Assembly: GCA_002716355.1 (NCBI GenBank)
Contig: PBAU01000002.1
Coordinates: 22,411-86,410 of the forward strand
Length of the DNA: 64,000 nt
Source: a bacterium
Lineage (GTDB): Bacteria; UBP7; UBA6624
Reading direction: 5' to 3'
In this document: one piece after another, positions 34,721-44,594 of the stretch
How positions within the stretch are numbered: position 1 is the first letter of the stretch
Layout of the letters: every line of letters begins with the position of its first letter
Notes under the pieces: model-generated
The model's input: only the letters and a program-made list of their open reading frames with translations
Databases searched by the model: none
What the model was told of the DNA's origin: nothing
Translations under genes and position numbers: made by a program

Positions 34721-35644
34721 ATGAATCGTTTAAAAAGCATAAATCTACGTTTTTTGTTGATGCCCTTTGTTCTGGCTTTTATTTTTGCTTTTGAGGATAT
34801 TGACACTAAAGAGAAGTCAAGCGAGGAGTTATGGGTTGTAAATTTTTTAGCTGAAGGAGTGGTTTTACCACCCGGTCAGATAGATTTGCCAAAAATAACT
34901 ATCGATTACACAAAAACTGACCATGCCAAAATTGCTAAGAATCTTTTGGGTGCAGACATAGAGGCAGAAACCTCTGTCGGTTTAACCAGAGTTATCGATC
35001 AGGGTTTTCAAACATATGCAACCGAGGACGGCCGAGAATTATTGGTTTTTCCTCATGGTGGAATCACATTTAACCATCCTTTTGCCGGGGTGCATGAGTT
35101 GTTCCCATTAACCCGCACACAGGCAGAAAGTGTTCTGGATATTTTTAATAACAATTTTAATTATTTTCCAGAAGATGCCTCACTGGTCAATACAGGAGAA
35201 ATTAAACATCCAGAATATCAGTCTTTCAACAACAGTCAAGGATTACCGTTTGGTTACATTTATGAATATGGGCGTTATTTTAAAAATGTTCTCATTAAAA
35301 ATGATGTAGTCAGGGCTTTAGTGGTTGGCGGAAGAGTTTGGGAATTTTCATTTTCCTGGGGCGATCAGCCTGTTGAGATTGAAGACACTGAGGCAACAAT
35401 AATCCCAGCATGGTCTGCAGTTAAGGATGCCATCGAGTATGCGTATAGGAATTTTTACGCTGGAGAATATTACGCAGATGTATTTGTTACCAAGGTTCAA
35501 CTTGTTTATACTTTTGATGGCCTACAGGAGGCATGGAAAAAGGATGAACCAAAAAGATTAGTTCCGGCATGGGTGGTCCAGATAAATAAATCGAATGAAA
35601 TTATCTTAGAAGCTTTCACCGGTCAAGTTATTCCCATTTATTAA
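34721..35644 (+). CDS. Hypothetical exported or membrane-anchored protein
   Basis: 307 aa with an N-terminal hydrophobic segment (LRFLLMPFVLAFIFAF). No family recognised. Confidence 0.45.
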   Translation: MNRLKSINLRFLLMPFVLAFIFAFEDIDTKEKSSEELWVVNFLAEGVVLPPGQIDLPKITIDYTKTDHAKIAKNLLGADIEAETSVGLTRVIDQGFQTYATEDGRELLVFPHGGITFNHPFAGVHELFPLTRTQAESVLDIFNNNFNYFPEDASLVNTGEIKHPEYQSFNNSQGLPFGYIYEYGRYFKNVLIKNDVVRALVVGGRVWEFSFSWGDQPVEIEDTEATIIPAWSAVKDAIEYAYRNFYAGEYYADVFVTKVQLVYTFDGLQEAWKKDEPKRLVPAWVVQINKSNEIILEAFTGQVIPIY

Positions 35645-35690
35645 AAATACAAAGAATTTTTTAATTGCTTTAGATAGCTTTAAGGGAACC

Positions 35691-36803
35691 ATGAGTTCCA
35701 CCGAAGCAGGAGATGTTGTTGCCCAGGCTATACTTCAAAAATACCCTAAATCAAATGTATTTGTTAAGAATTTTGCAGATGGTGGTGAGGGAACGGCAGA
35801 TGTCCTGTTGGATTATTTCGATCATGAAGCTCACAAGGTTAAAACCCAAGGTGCCAACGGGAAGGATATTGATGCTTATTGGTATTTTTTGAAAAAAGAA
35901 AAAGTAGCCCTGCTAGAAATGGCTTCAATTGTCGGGATTTCAATGATTCCCAAGTCCGAATTAGATCCAGAGGCTTTAAGCACTTGCGGTCTTGCTCCAG
36001 TTATTATTGACATTCTTGAAAAAGGTATTAGAAAAATCTGGTTTACTGTTGGCGGAACCTCAACGGTTGATGCTGGACTTGGCTTGCTGAAAGGGATGGG
36101 CGTTTCCACACGGGAAGGGACATTTCCTAATTCATTATTAGCAGTAAAGAAAGATATTTTTTTTGATTTTAAAAATTTAGATTCGATGATTTCAGATCTT
36201 AAAATACACCCAGCAAAAGGCAGCTGTTTGTTTCCTGATGTTTTTTTTGATATAATAGCTGATGTTCGCGCTCCTCTTTTAGGTAAGCGAGGTGCTGTTT
36301 TGGCTTTTGGCAAGCAAAAGGGTGCTACCCCTAAAAATATTCCTATTTTGGAACAAGGGATGGCTGATTTTGCTTGTATGGTTGAAGCCAAAGTCGAGGA
36401 CTCGACCTTTTTGCAAACAAAAGGTTTGGGTGCTGCTGGCGGCATCGCTCTTGGGCTGGCCTTGCTTTTTAACGTGAATATTAAAAATGGAGCTGATTTT
36501 GTTATTGACAAAATGGGGCTCAGGGACGAGATGAGTAATTTTGATTTTGTGATAACAGGAGAGGGACAGTTTAACTCTCAAACCAAACAAGGGAAAGGGC
36601 CATGGTCTATTGCATCACTAGCTGTAAGTAATAGCACCCCAGTTTTGATTATTAGTGGTTTGAAAATTAAAGAAAGAAACAAAACAAAAGATTTTTCTTT
36701 CTTGGAGGTTTCTCAGACAGTCCCAAGAAACAAAAAAGAGGCACAATTAAATCTTTTCCAAGCTATGAGTGGATGGCTTGATGATAATGAGGTGAAAAAA
36801 TGA
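35691..36803 (+). CDS. Glycerate kinase (start codon problematic, see findings)
   Basis: FADGGEGTADVLL and FVITGEGQFNSQTKQGKGP match glycerate kinase signatures. The conserved N-terminal DSFKG motif is encoded in frame upstream of the first ATG (35691). Confidence 0.8.
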   Translation: MSSTEAGDVVAQAILQKYPKSNVFVKNFADGGEGTADVLLDYFDHEAHKVKTQGANGKDIDAYWYFLKKEKVALLEMASIVGISMIPKSELDPEALSTCGLAPVIIDILEKGIRKIWFTVGGTSTVDAGLGLLKGMGVSTREGTFPNSLLAVKKDIFFDFKNLDSMISDLKIHPAKGSCLFPDVFFDIIADVRAPLLGKRGAVLAFGKQKGATPKNIPILEQGMADFACMVEAKVEDSTFLQTKGLGAAGGIALGLALLFNVNIKNGADFVIDKMGLRDEMSNFDFVITGEGQFNSQTKQGKGPWSIASLAVSNSTPVLIISGLKIKERNKTKDFSFLEVSQTVPRNKKEAQLNLFQAMSGWLDDNEVKK

Positions 36804-39664
36804 AACAAAACAAAGTAATTGATATGGGTTTGATTATTACTGAAACCTTTGCAGGTATTATGCAGAAAAATATTGCAAAAGCAGGAACTTTAAAAGATCT
36901 AGAAGCCAGTTTTTTAGAATATGAGGATGCTATTGGTTTAGATGCAAAAATATTTGTTAAAAGATATGCTATGAAGTTTTTATCAAATTGTGCTTTTATA
37001 AAAAAATGGGATGATGGTTGGGTTTTAGTTCCTCATAAGCTAAAAGCACACAAGCTAGCAAGAGAAATACTAGAAGAAAGCGGATCTTTTATGTTGGAAT
37101 CCAAAATAAGAAGCCAAGTTGCTAAGCGACTCGGACAGAAAGTTAGTGAGACAAAGTTATATCTAGATATAGATGATGATTTTTCATTGGCGGAAGGCTT
37201 AAGGCAGGAAGATCAAATAGGCAGAGGTGCCATTTGGGGTTTGTGTGAATGGGTTTTGATTAATAATTTAGCAAAAACCCTTATTGAATCCCGAGGTCCA
37301 ATGAAAGAAAAAAGAATCATCAGCACATTGATCGAGAATGATTTAGTTACACAGGAAAAACAACCTGTTTTTTGCCCGCAGATAGACAAGAGATTTATAG
37401 CTGAATCAGGTAATTCATGGGATGTAGGAAAGGCAAAAAAGCAACCCCTTCAGACACCTAAAACCGGAGCTTTGGAGACCAAGATAAGAGAGGAGATAAC
37501 AAGCAAGGTAGAAAGATTGCTGGAGAATCAGGCATCAGACAAGAGTTTTTCAAAACAGGAGATTACAACTGCCCTGATTGGTAGTGCAAAAAGTTCTAAA
37601 GGTTCTCATTACCAGGACATGCTGGACGAGATCCTTTCTGTTTTTGAGAAATCTAAAAAGATAACCAAGGTTCGATTCGAACTTAAAAACCCATATTGGA
37701 TTAAGTCTGAAAGCCTGCCAAAGATAGATGTAAAAAAATTAGATCTAATTTTTCCACTCCCATATTCCGAACATCAGCTTTTGGGAGACGATATATTTAA
37801 TGAAAATCTTTTTGCAAATCTCTCTGATCCAGCTTTGTATTGGTTGGACGGGGATTTTTCCGAACAGGGTTTTCCTGAGGTGGAGCCATTGTTTATTTTA
37901 ACTTTCAATGACTTTGTAAATGACGAGTTAAACTACATATCACAACCATTGGTTAATGCTATTCAGGCTTCATTGCTTGCATCTAATGAGTGGGGTGAAT
38001 TTGTTTTACAAACACCCGACAAGCAAGAGCTTTCTATTTTGATTAATTTTAAGCATCAAATAATTTCAGGTATGGCATCCTGGGTTAATGGCTATGCCCA
38101 ACCTGGTGATGTTTACAATTTCGAATATCTCGGATCATCTACTTTCAGGCTTGTAAAAAATAAAGAGATTAAAAATCCATCACTAGATGACGATGAACTA
38201 GAAAGATTACTCTCCTTACAGGCAGAGAGCAAACTAACACTCAAAAAACTTGTAATTGAAGTTTTAAAACATCACCCAGGTGGTTTAACCTTCAGCGGTA
38301 TATTTAATCGCTTAATGTTTATAAGAAGAATTTCAAGAAGATCTTTAATGAGTGAGTTGACAAAATTCTTTTGTTTTGATTGTAAAGATGATAAATGGAA
38401 ATATTATGAAAAAAGATCTGACCTAGGAGAAAAGTTTTCTGCTAGCTCTTTTCCAATTGCTGGTTTAAATACCAATTGTTGGATATTGCGTGAGGAAATG
38501 CAGCCCGAAGTTGGGGATTCATTGAATATGGTTTATGGGAAAGCAGCACATAATGATTTGTTTTGCATTGTTAATCCAAAAAATCAACTTACCAGTGTGT
38601 TTCGATTAGCCGTTAAAGGTAAAAAATGCACAATTCAAGATATTACAAGCTGTGAGCCAATGCCTTTAGATAATTTTGATATCCCAAAAGCAGGTCTGAA
38701 TCAGATTGAGAATTCAGTTTTTTGTGACATTAACGAAGAGCTTGAAAGGGAGGTTTTGGATTCCGAAGTTTACGCAGGAATTAAGCAGGCCTTCACGACA
38801 TTTGAACCTAATCCAAGTGTAAACCAGGAGGTTACAAGAAGCTTAGAGGAGCTAGAGAGTCTTTTGGAGGATTCTGGTTCCGTTAGTCCATTCGGTGGCT
38901 TGGCATGGCAACTTCAGCAAAAATTTACCTGGCAGGAATTTCAAAAAGTTTTAGACTCAAAGATTTATTCTCAAGAGCATGAGGACCGTTTGGATGCAGG
39001 CAAGTTTGCAAGCTGGATGGCGAAAAGACCAATAGCATGGGACTCCGAATCGATTGTTTATCCAGCTGGACATGGGGAATTGTCAATCTGCATTCTGGAA
39101 GCATTGATTTCCATAATGCAAAATGCTGATTACACCATAGAGGAAGATTCACTTAACATTAGAACAGCCCTTAATAGCGATTTTGTTTTTAACTGGAGCA
39201 AACTGTTGTCAGACCAAAGAAGAATCAAGAAGATTGTTGACATGGAAGATAGTTTTGAATTAGTTGAATTTTTATCTGGCTGGTTTAGACGAGTAGCCAA
39301 GATTATTGAACCTAGAAAATTAGAAAGTGTAATTAACAGGTTAAGTTTTCACCTGAAAGGTATCGGATCTGTCGATATTAGCGATAAGGATTTGCCAGAA
39401 TATTTAAAATCAGAAAAATCTTCCCTGACAGGTCTAAGTCTTTCTGGAGACAAGCAAGAAAAATCTGCAACTTTGTTTGCAGATTTTAGAGGATTTTCAA
39501 AAGCCAAGATTAAGAAAACATTAAGCCTAGCACCTTCAGTTCTTGTTGATGGGGGACTGCTTGTTTTTGTTTCATTTGAAAATCAAAAAGTAAACTTTAA
39601 AAATGGAAAGCTAGAGGACCAGATCTCAATGGGTTCAATAGTTGCTAAATCTTATATCGTTTAA
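36800..39664 (+). CDS. Large hypothetical cytoplasmic protein (954 aa)
   Basis: Uninterrupted ORF with a 4-nt overlap with the glycerate kinase gene. I saw no P-loop, nuclease or methyltransferase motifs. Several segments look like winged-helix/HARE-HTH modules (for example LAKTLIESRGPMKEKRIISTLIEN and LVIEVLKHHPGGLTFSGIFNRL). Confidence 0.5.
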   Translation: MKQNKVIDMGLIITETFAGIMQKNIAKAGTLKDLEASFLEYEDAIGLDAKIFVKRYAMKFLSNCAFIKKWDDGWVLVPHKLKAHKLAREILEESGSFMLESKIRSQVAKRLGQKVSETKLYLDIDDDFSLAEGLRQEDQIGRGAIWGLCEWVLINNLAKTLIESRGPMKEKRIISTLIENDLVTQEKQPVFCPQIDKRFIAESGNSWDVGKAKKQPLQTPKTGALETKIREEITSKVERLLENQASDKSFSKQEITTALIGSAKSSKGSHYQDMLDEILSVFEKSKKITKVRFELKNPYWIKSESLPKIDVKKLDLIFPLPYSEHQLLGDDIFNENLFANLSDPALYWLDGDFSEQGFPEVEPLFILTFNDFVNDELNYISQPLVNAIQASLLASNEWGEFVLQTPDKQELSILINFKHQIISGMASWVNGYAQPGDVYNFEYLGSSTFRLVKNKEIKNPSLDDDELERLLSLQAESKLTLKKLVIEVLKHHPGGLTFSGIFNRLMFIRRISRRSLMSELTKFFCFDCKDDKWKYYEKRSDLGEKFSASSFPIAGLNTNCWILREEMQPEVGDSLNMVYGKAAHNDLFCIVNPKNQLTSVFRLAVKGKKCTIQDITSCEPMPLDNFDIPKAGLNQIENSVFCDINEELEREVLDSEVYAGIKQAFTTFEPNPSVNQEVTRSLEELESLLEDSGSVSPFGGLAWQLQQKFTWQEFQKVLDSKIYSQEHEDRLDAGKFASWMAKRPIAWDSESIVYPAGHGELSICILEALISIMQNADYTIEEDSLNIRTALNSDFVFNWSKLLSDQRRIKKIVDMEDSFELVEFLSGWFRRVAKIIEPRKLESVINRLSFHLKGIGSVDISDKDLPEYLKSEKSSLTGLSLSGDKQEKSATLFADFRGFSKAKIKKTLSLAPSVLVDGGLLVFVSFENQKVNFKNGKLEDQISMGSIVAKSYIV

Positions 39665-40238
39665 TTTTAGACCATGGAAATAATGGTCCAGGGTCCATTT
39701 TTCTTCCTGGAGCAATTTCGTTATGGCCTACAACATGCTTACATTGAGGATGTTGGCTGCGGATCCACAATAAAAGGGTATTAAGTGAATTTAATTGTTG
39801 GCGAGGCCAGTTGCCCCATTTTCTTCCCGCTTGCACACTCCAGCCATATCGCCAAAAAGATTTTTTTTTATAAAAGCCAGGATTTATCAATTCAATACCT
39901 ATTGAAAAATCATTAACATTATCACGATCTTGAAAGCAAGAGGCCCCTGCGTGCCAGGCTTTCTTCTCGGTATCTAGCAACTGAAAAATTTTTCCATTAT
40001 GGCTTAAAACAAAATGAACTGAAAGCCTTCTTGCATTAAGGATGTGTAATGTTTGAGCCATTGAAGTTGTTGCTGTGTAATGCAAAACAACTAACTCAGG
40101 TTTAATTTCCATGTTTGGATGATGCGCTGTTGGTTTTTGGTGAGCGTTCTTGTAAATCATCTTAGTGTCAATTTTATTCAGATTGTCTTGAATAAAATAG
40201 AATAAGCAACAATGAGCAACCCCCAAAAAGGCCAACAT
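39645..40238 (-). CDS. N-acetylmuramoyl-L-alanine amidase (Amidase_2 / AmpD-PGRP type)
   Basis: Contains VVLHYTA, WHAGAS, SIGIELINPG and VVGHNEIAPGRKMDPGPLFPW. The start is probably the internal Met (MIYKNAH, about 40160) rather than 40238, which overlaps the divergent permease gene. Confidence 0.8.
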   Translation of the reverse strand: MLAFLGVAHCCLFYFIQDNLNKIDTKMIYKNAHQKPTAHHPNMEIKPELVVLHYTATTSMAQTLHILNARRLSVHFVLSHNGKIFQLLDTEKKAWHAGASCFQDRDNVNDFSIGIELINPGFYKKKSFWRYGWSVQAGRKWGNWPRQQLNSLNTLLLWIRSQHPQCKHVVGHNEIAPGRKMDPGPLFPWSKIKRYKI

Positions 40239-42626
40239 GAAGAACTAGCAAGAACATTAGGACTTTATGACGTTACCATGATTGGCGTTGCTGCCATGAT
40301 TGGTGCTGGCATTTTTGTTTTAACAGGAAAGGCCGCAGGCATTGCGGGTCCAGCTTTTCTATTGGCATTTTTTTTAAATGGCATTGTTGCAATGCTTACT
40401 GCTGGCGCATATGCAGAACTAGGAGCATCCTTTCCAGAAGCGGGAGGTGCTTTTATGTGGGTCGCCCAGGGTTACCGGAAAGTGGTTTCCTTTATTGCTG
40501 GGTGGATAGGATGGTTTAGTCATGTTGTAGCTGTTGCTGTTTATTCATTGGGCTTCGGTGTCTATATCTTAGAACTATTTAATTTTTTTGGATTGGTGGA
40601 TCATCCAGAGGAAATGGGGTCCAGCTATCAGCTCTATGTCAAGCTTGGAGCAATAGCAATTTGTGTAATTTTATCTTGGGTCAATTTTGTTGGAGTGTCC
40701 GAAACTGGAAAATTTGGATCAATAATGAGCACAGCAAAAGTTGTCATCTTGCTTTTGTTTGCAGTTTTTGGATTCATGCGTATTTTTCAAACTGATGGTT
40801 TTGTTCATTATGAACCTTTCTTTTTATCCACAGAAGAACACGCAAGTGCAATATTGGTTTTATTTGCAATGGGTATTACATATATGGCATTTGAGGGTTA
40901 TGAGGTAATTGTCCAAGCAAGCGAGGAAGTAAAAAATCCTGAAAAAAATATACCTAAAGCTATATTTCTGTCTATTTTAGTTGTACTGCCAGTTTATTTA
41001 TTGGTCGGTGGAGCTTCGCTTGGAGCATTAAACATTGATGAGATTTCACCTTCTTTAAGTGCAGGTTTTTATGGCCTGGTTGAATCTTCTCAACAACCTG
41101 CAACCAATTACAATTTAATGGCATTTTTGGGCGAAAGGGCAGTCGTTGAATCTGCTAATCAATTTGTTCTGCCTTTCCCTTTTCCTGGCTCTAACTACAC
41201 TGTGGGCATGTTTCTTGTTATATTAGCAGGCATAGCTTCAACAACATCAGCACTTAACGGAACACTGTTTTCTTCCAGCAGGGTTGCATTTGCAATGGGC
41301 AGGGAGGGTTTATTGCCTTCGATTCTTGGAAAAATTCATCATGTTAAACGAACGCCATATATGGGTTTATTTTTTACTGCATTAATTGTTCTTGTGATCG
41401 TGGTTGCATTACCGCTTTCAGCAGTGTCTGCAGCGGCAAATGTTATGTTTCTTTTATTGTTTACATTAGTGAACATGACTTTAATCAAGCTTAGAAAAAC
41501 CAAACCAAAAGTGGCAAGGCCATTCAGGATGCCATTGGTTCCTCTGTTGCCATTTTTAGCCATAGTTTTACAGATAGTTATAGCTATTGGTGTATTCTTT
41601 ATTCCAAATTCACCTTTTGATGCGCATGGTGGCCATTCTGCAGGTGCCATTGCCTGGGGTGTGACGTTAGCTTGGATTATCTTGGGTTTATTGTTATATG
41701 TCGGCCCATTTAGAAAGCTTCAACCAATGTCTAGATCCAGGATTGCAAGTCAAGATACCATTCATACGCCGCAAGGAAATAGCATATTGCTTGCATTGCC
41801 AAATTCTAAAAATCAAAAACCTTTAACACATCTAGCTGCAAGCATTGCAAAAGCACAGGACAGTTTAATCCATATTGTTTCGATTGCAACCATACCAGAA
41901 ACTACACCTTTAACTTTCGCTCCAAAAAAAGATATTCAAAAAAGACATGACTTAATCTCTTCCGCAAAGCAGGAGTTAGAGAAAAGTAAGGTGAAAATTA
42001 ACAGCAGTGTTGTGGTTGGAAGGCACCCTGCTGCAGTGATATGCAATGTCGCAGATTTAAGAGGTTCTGATTTGGTTTTAATGGGCTGGAGAGGCGGTAA
42101 AAAGAAAAAAGGGTTGTTTCTTGGAGACACCCTTGACAGGGTTTTGGCTGATTCCTCTAAAACTCTTGCAATATTAAAACAAGGTAAAGAAACTGAATAT
42201 AAGAATGTTACTGTGGCTGTAGGTTATGGACCAAATACACAAAAATCAATTGAAATTGGGGCAAGAATCGTTTCGTCTAATCAAGGCTGCCTTACACTGT
42301 TAGCCGTTGCAAAAAATGCCGATGAAAAAGATTTTGCTAAAAAAAGGTTGCAGGCATCAGCAATAGAAATTCAGTCAGTGTATAAGGACTTAAAGGTGGT
42401 TCAGAGCATAATTAAATCATCCTCGATTAAGAAATCAATTATTAAATCATCCAAAGAAAGCGATCTTTTGATCTTAGGGGCAAGTGTAAATGGTGTTTTG
42501 GATAAAGCCAGACTTGGAAATATCCAAGAAAGCATTGCAAGAGAGTCCAAAGGCAGTGTTTTAACTATTAGAGCGCCTGAGGGAAGGGTGAAAAGATGGT
42601 TACATAGGTTATTAAACGATGAATAA
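40212..42626 (+). CDS. APC-family amino acid permease fused to tandem universal stress protein (Usp) domains
   Basis: The N-terminal ~500 aa are polytopic with MIGVAAMIGAGIFVLTGKAAG...AYAELGASFPEAGGAF. The C-terminal ~290 aa contain two Usp-like repeats (GSDLVLMGWRG; ESDLLILGAS). Confidence 0.8.
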   Translation: MSNPQKGQHEELARTLGLYDVTMIGVAAMIGAGIFVLTGKAAGIAGPAFLLAFFLNGIVAMLTAGAYAELGASFPEAGGAFMWVAQGYRKVVSFIAGWIGWFSHVVAVAVYSLGFGVYILELFNFFGLVDHPEEMGSSYQLYVKLGAIAICVILSWVNFVGVSETGKFGSIMSTAKVVILLLFAVFGFMRIFQTDGFVHYEPFFLSTEEHASAILVLFAMGITYMAFEGYEVIVQASEEVKNPEKNIPKAIFLSILVVLPVYLLVGGASLGALNIDEISPSLSAGFYGLVESSQQPATNYNLMAFLGERAVVESANQFVLPFPFPGSNYTVGMFLVILAGIASTTSALNGTLFSSSRVAFAMGREGLLPSILGKIHHVKRTPYMGLFFTALIVLVIVVALPLSAVSAAANVMFLLLFTLVNMTLIKLRKTKPKVARPFRMPLVPLLPFLAIVLQIVIAIGVFFIPNSPFDAHGGHSAGAIAWGVTLAWIILGLLLYVGPFRKLQPMSRSRIASQDTIHTPQGNSILLALPNSKNQKPLTHLAASIAKAQDSLIHIVSIATIPETTPLTFAPKKDIQKRHDLISSAKQELEKSKVKINSSVVVGRHPAAVICNVADLRGSDLVLMGWRGGKKKKGLFLGDTLDRVLADSSKTLAILKQGKETEYKNVTVAVGYGPNTQKSIEIGARIVSSNQGCLTLLAVAKNADEKDFAKKRLQASAIEIQSVYKDLKVVQSIIKSSSIKKSIIKSSKESDLLILGASVNGVLDKARLGNIQESIARESKGSVLTIRAPEGRVKRWLHRLLNDE

Positions 42627-43668
42627 AAAAATATTATTTTTGCTGATTGGGTTTTTTGGTTTTTTTGGCTGCTACAAACCAACAATACCATGGCAGATAA
42701 CAGCCTCATCCATTGTTGACACAGGCCAACATGTAAGGGCAGCTGTTAACTGGAAAGGCGGGCCTGATGGAACACCAATCAATATCACTGTTATTTATGA
42801 GTTAAATATTGATGATAATCAAACAAATTGGCAGCCTATAGCTAGACACGATAATTGGAAAAATGTACAAAGTATTGATTTTTCAGAAGACGGAAGCTTT
42901 GTCGTTTTGGCAGCTGATTCTAAAAATCGAGATATTTGGATTTGGGAAATAGGGAAACTACCGGTAGAGTTCACATCCAATAAAGATATAGAGGGTGATG
43001 TTACCTTGATTCAGGATTCGATTGCTTTTAGAAAAAAAGAAGGCAAGGCCCATAATTTATTTGTCAAATCGTTAAATGGCCTTGATAACAAAAGGTTAAC
43101 CAATGGTAGCTCAACACGTTGGAATCTGAAAGCTTCAGAAAGAGAAGAGGGTGTTGTTCTTTTGCATAATGTTAGATCGAGAATGAATATAGGTTTGTCT
43201 ACTGTAGGAATTGATGGTTCTAAGCCACAACGTGTTTTTGATGAGGATGGACCTGAGGTTTCTTTTGATATTGCGGGAAACTATGTTGTTTTTTCCAATG
43301 AAAATAATTGGTTTTTGTGCTCTCCTGAAGCGGGAATGGATTTTTCAAACCCCGTATGTATCAAAAATGACGCCCCATCTGCTTTCGGTTGGATTGGGGA
43401 TGTTTTCATAATTAATCAGGATCTTTATGGTGGGATAGTGGCAGATGAATCTTCGCCTAATGGTAATATTTTGTTATATGTTTTTAATAATCAGATTTAT
43501 GAATTTGCTTATGAGAATAATGTAATTAAACATGTGAAATCAGAAGGAGACAAGCTAAGTTTAAGCATCAACAACCCTATGTTTGGTGATTTTTTTGCCA
43601 TCCTTAAAATGGGTGAATTTGAACTTGAAGAACTTCCAGTTATTTACGCACCTGAATCTGATAGTTGA
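42619..43668 (+). CDS. Hypothetical lipoprotein
   Basis: Lipobox LLIGFFGFFGC. The body is rich in short beta-strand repeats and may be a propeller. No family recognised. Confidence 0.45.
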   Translation: MNKKILFLLIGFFGFFGCYKPTIPWQITASSIVDTGQHVRAAVNWKGGPDGTPINITVIYELNIDDNQTNWQPIARHDNWKNVQSIDFSEDGSFVVLAADSKNRDIWIWEIGKLPVEFTSNKDIEGDVTLIQDSIAFRKKEGKAHNLFVKSLNGLDNKRLTNGSSTRWNLKASEREEGVVLLHNVRSRMNIGLSTVGIDGSKPQRVFDEDGPEVSFDIAGNYVVFSNENNWFLCSPEAGMDFSNPVCIKNDAPSAFGWIGDVFIINQDLYGGIVADESSPNGNILLYVFNNQIYEFAYENNVIKHVKSEGDKLSLSINNPMFGDFFAILKMGEFELEELPVIYAPESDS

Positions 43669-44594
43669 TTTTTCAACGCCAACGTCTTAAGGTGCTGCCT
43701 AAGTATTGGCTTGGGGTAATTAGATAATATTTTTAAACTCCATCCGTCTGTTATCTCCGGTAAATCCATAAGCCATCCATCCAAATCAAGATCAAAAGAT
43801 TTTTTAATTATTTTAAAATTTTCACTTTTTAAACCATGTTGAAAGTAAACCATATAAATATAAGCATCTTTCTCTTTTGAAAGGTAACTCACGAAGGCGC
43901 CTTTTGTTTCTTCCTCTTCGAGTTTGTGGGTGTTTAAATAAAATGTCCTTTGCCTTGTCGTCCCCAGTATTTCCTCAGGAAGAAAAAAATCCTTTTTTGT
44001 GGTTTTCGTGGTAATTTTATAATTATTATTATTTTCAGGAGCCACAAATAAATCATCGTTTAACTCTTCTTCATTGATGCTGATCTCAATAACATCAGTC
44101 AACGAATAACCTTCATTCAGCGTAACCCTCTCCCTTTTCATTGGCAGCTTGTATTCTTTATGTAGCCAGTAGGTTGTCTTGAAGCCTTGCTCTTCAAAAT
44201 ATGTATTGGAGTTTGAAATTGTCACAATCTCAACATCATTAAAAATGTCCTCTTTTTTTATCCATTGGTCATCATCTGGAGATATTTCTGCCACTTTGCC
44301 CCACACATGCCCAGGCTTTAAAAGGTTAAAGATTTCTTTGTTTCCCGGGAATAGAGCTTTTTCGAAAAAGATGTTTGTATTTATGTCTTGCAAAACATAG
44401 ACATTGCCATCTTCCCTAAGTAGAAAAAATTCATTTTTTTTCTCTTCTAAACGAATGGAATTATTTTTTGCAAAGTAACGAAGTTCATTTTTCTCAATTG
44501 TTGTTTTTTGATTTTTTTTGTAAAAGTTTATTTCACCATAAAAGGAATTTTCAACCTGGAACACACTCAGCAGAATCAGGAGAAGCCCAATCAT
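43644..44594 (-). CDS. Hypothetical exported protein, last gene of the ECF sigma operon
   Basis: 316 aa with an N-terminal hydrophobic segment. It starts immediately after the anti-sigma gene stop. Confidence 0.45.
   Translation of the reverse strand: MIGLLLILLSVFQVENSFYGEINFYKKNQKTTIEKNELRYFAKNNSIRLEEKKNEFFLLREDGNVYVLQDINTNIFFEKALFPGNKEIFNLLKPGHVWGKVAEISPDDDQWIKKEDIFNDVEIVTISNSNTYFEEQGFKTTYWLHKEYKLPMKRERVTLNEGYSLTDVIEISINEEELNDDLFVAPENNNNYKITTKTTKKDFFLPEEILGTTRQRTFYLNTHKLEEEETKGAFVSYLSKEKDAYIYMVYFQHGLKSENFKIIKKSFDLDLDGWLMDLPEITDGWSLKILSNYPKPILRQHLKTLALKNQLSDSGA

Noticed and set aside
35876-36511. 211-aa ORF on the minus strand.
   Set aside because: It lies entirely antisense to the well-supported glycerate kinase gene. 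Its translation is low-complexity (Ala/Pro/Ser/Lys-rich) with no motifs, so it is a shadow ORF.
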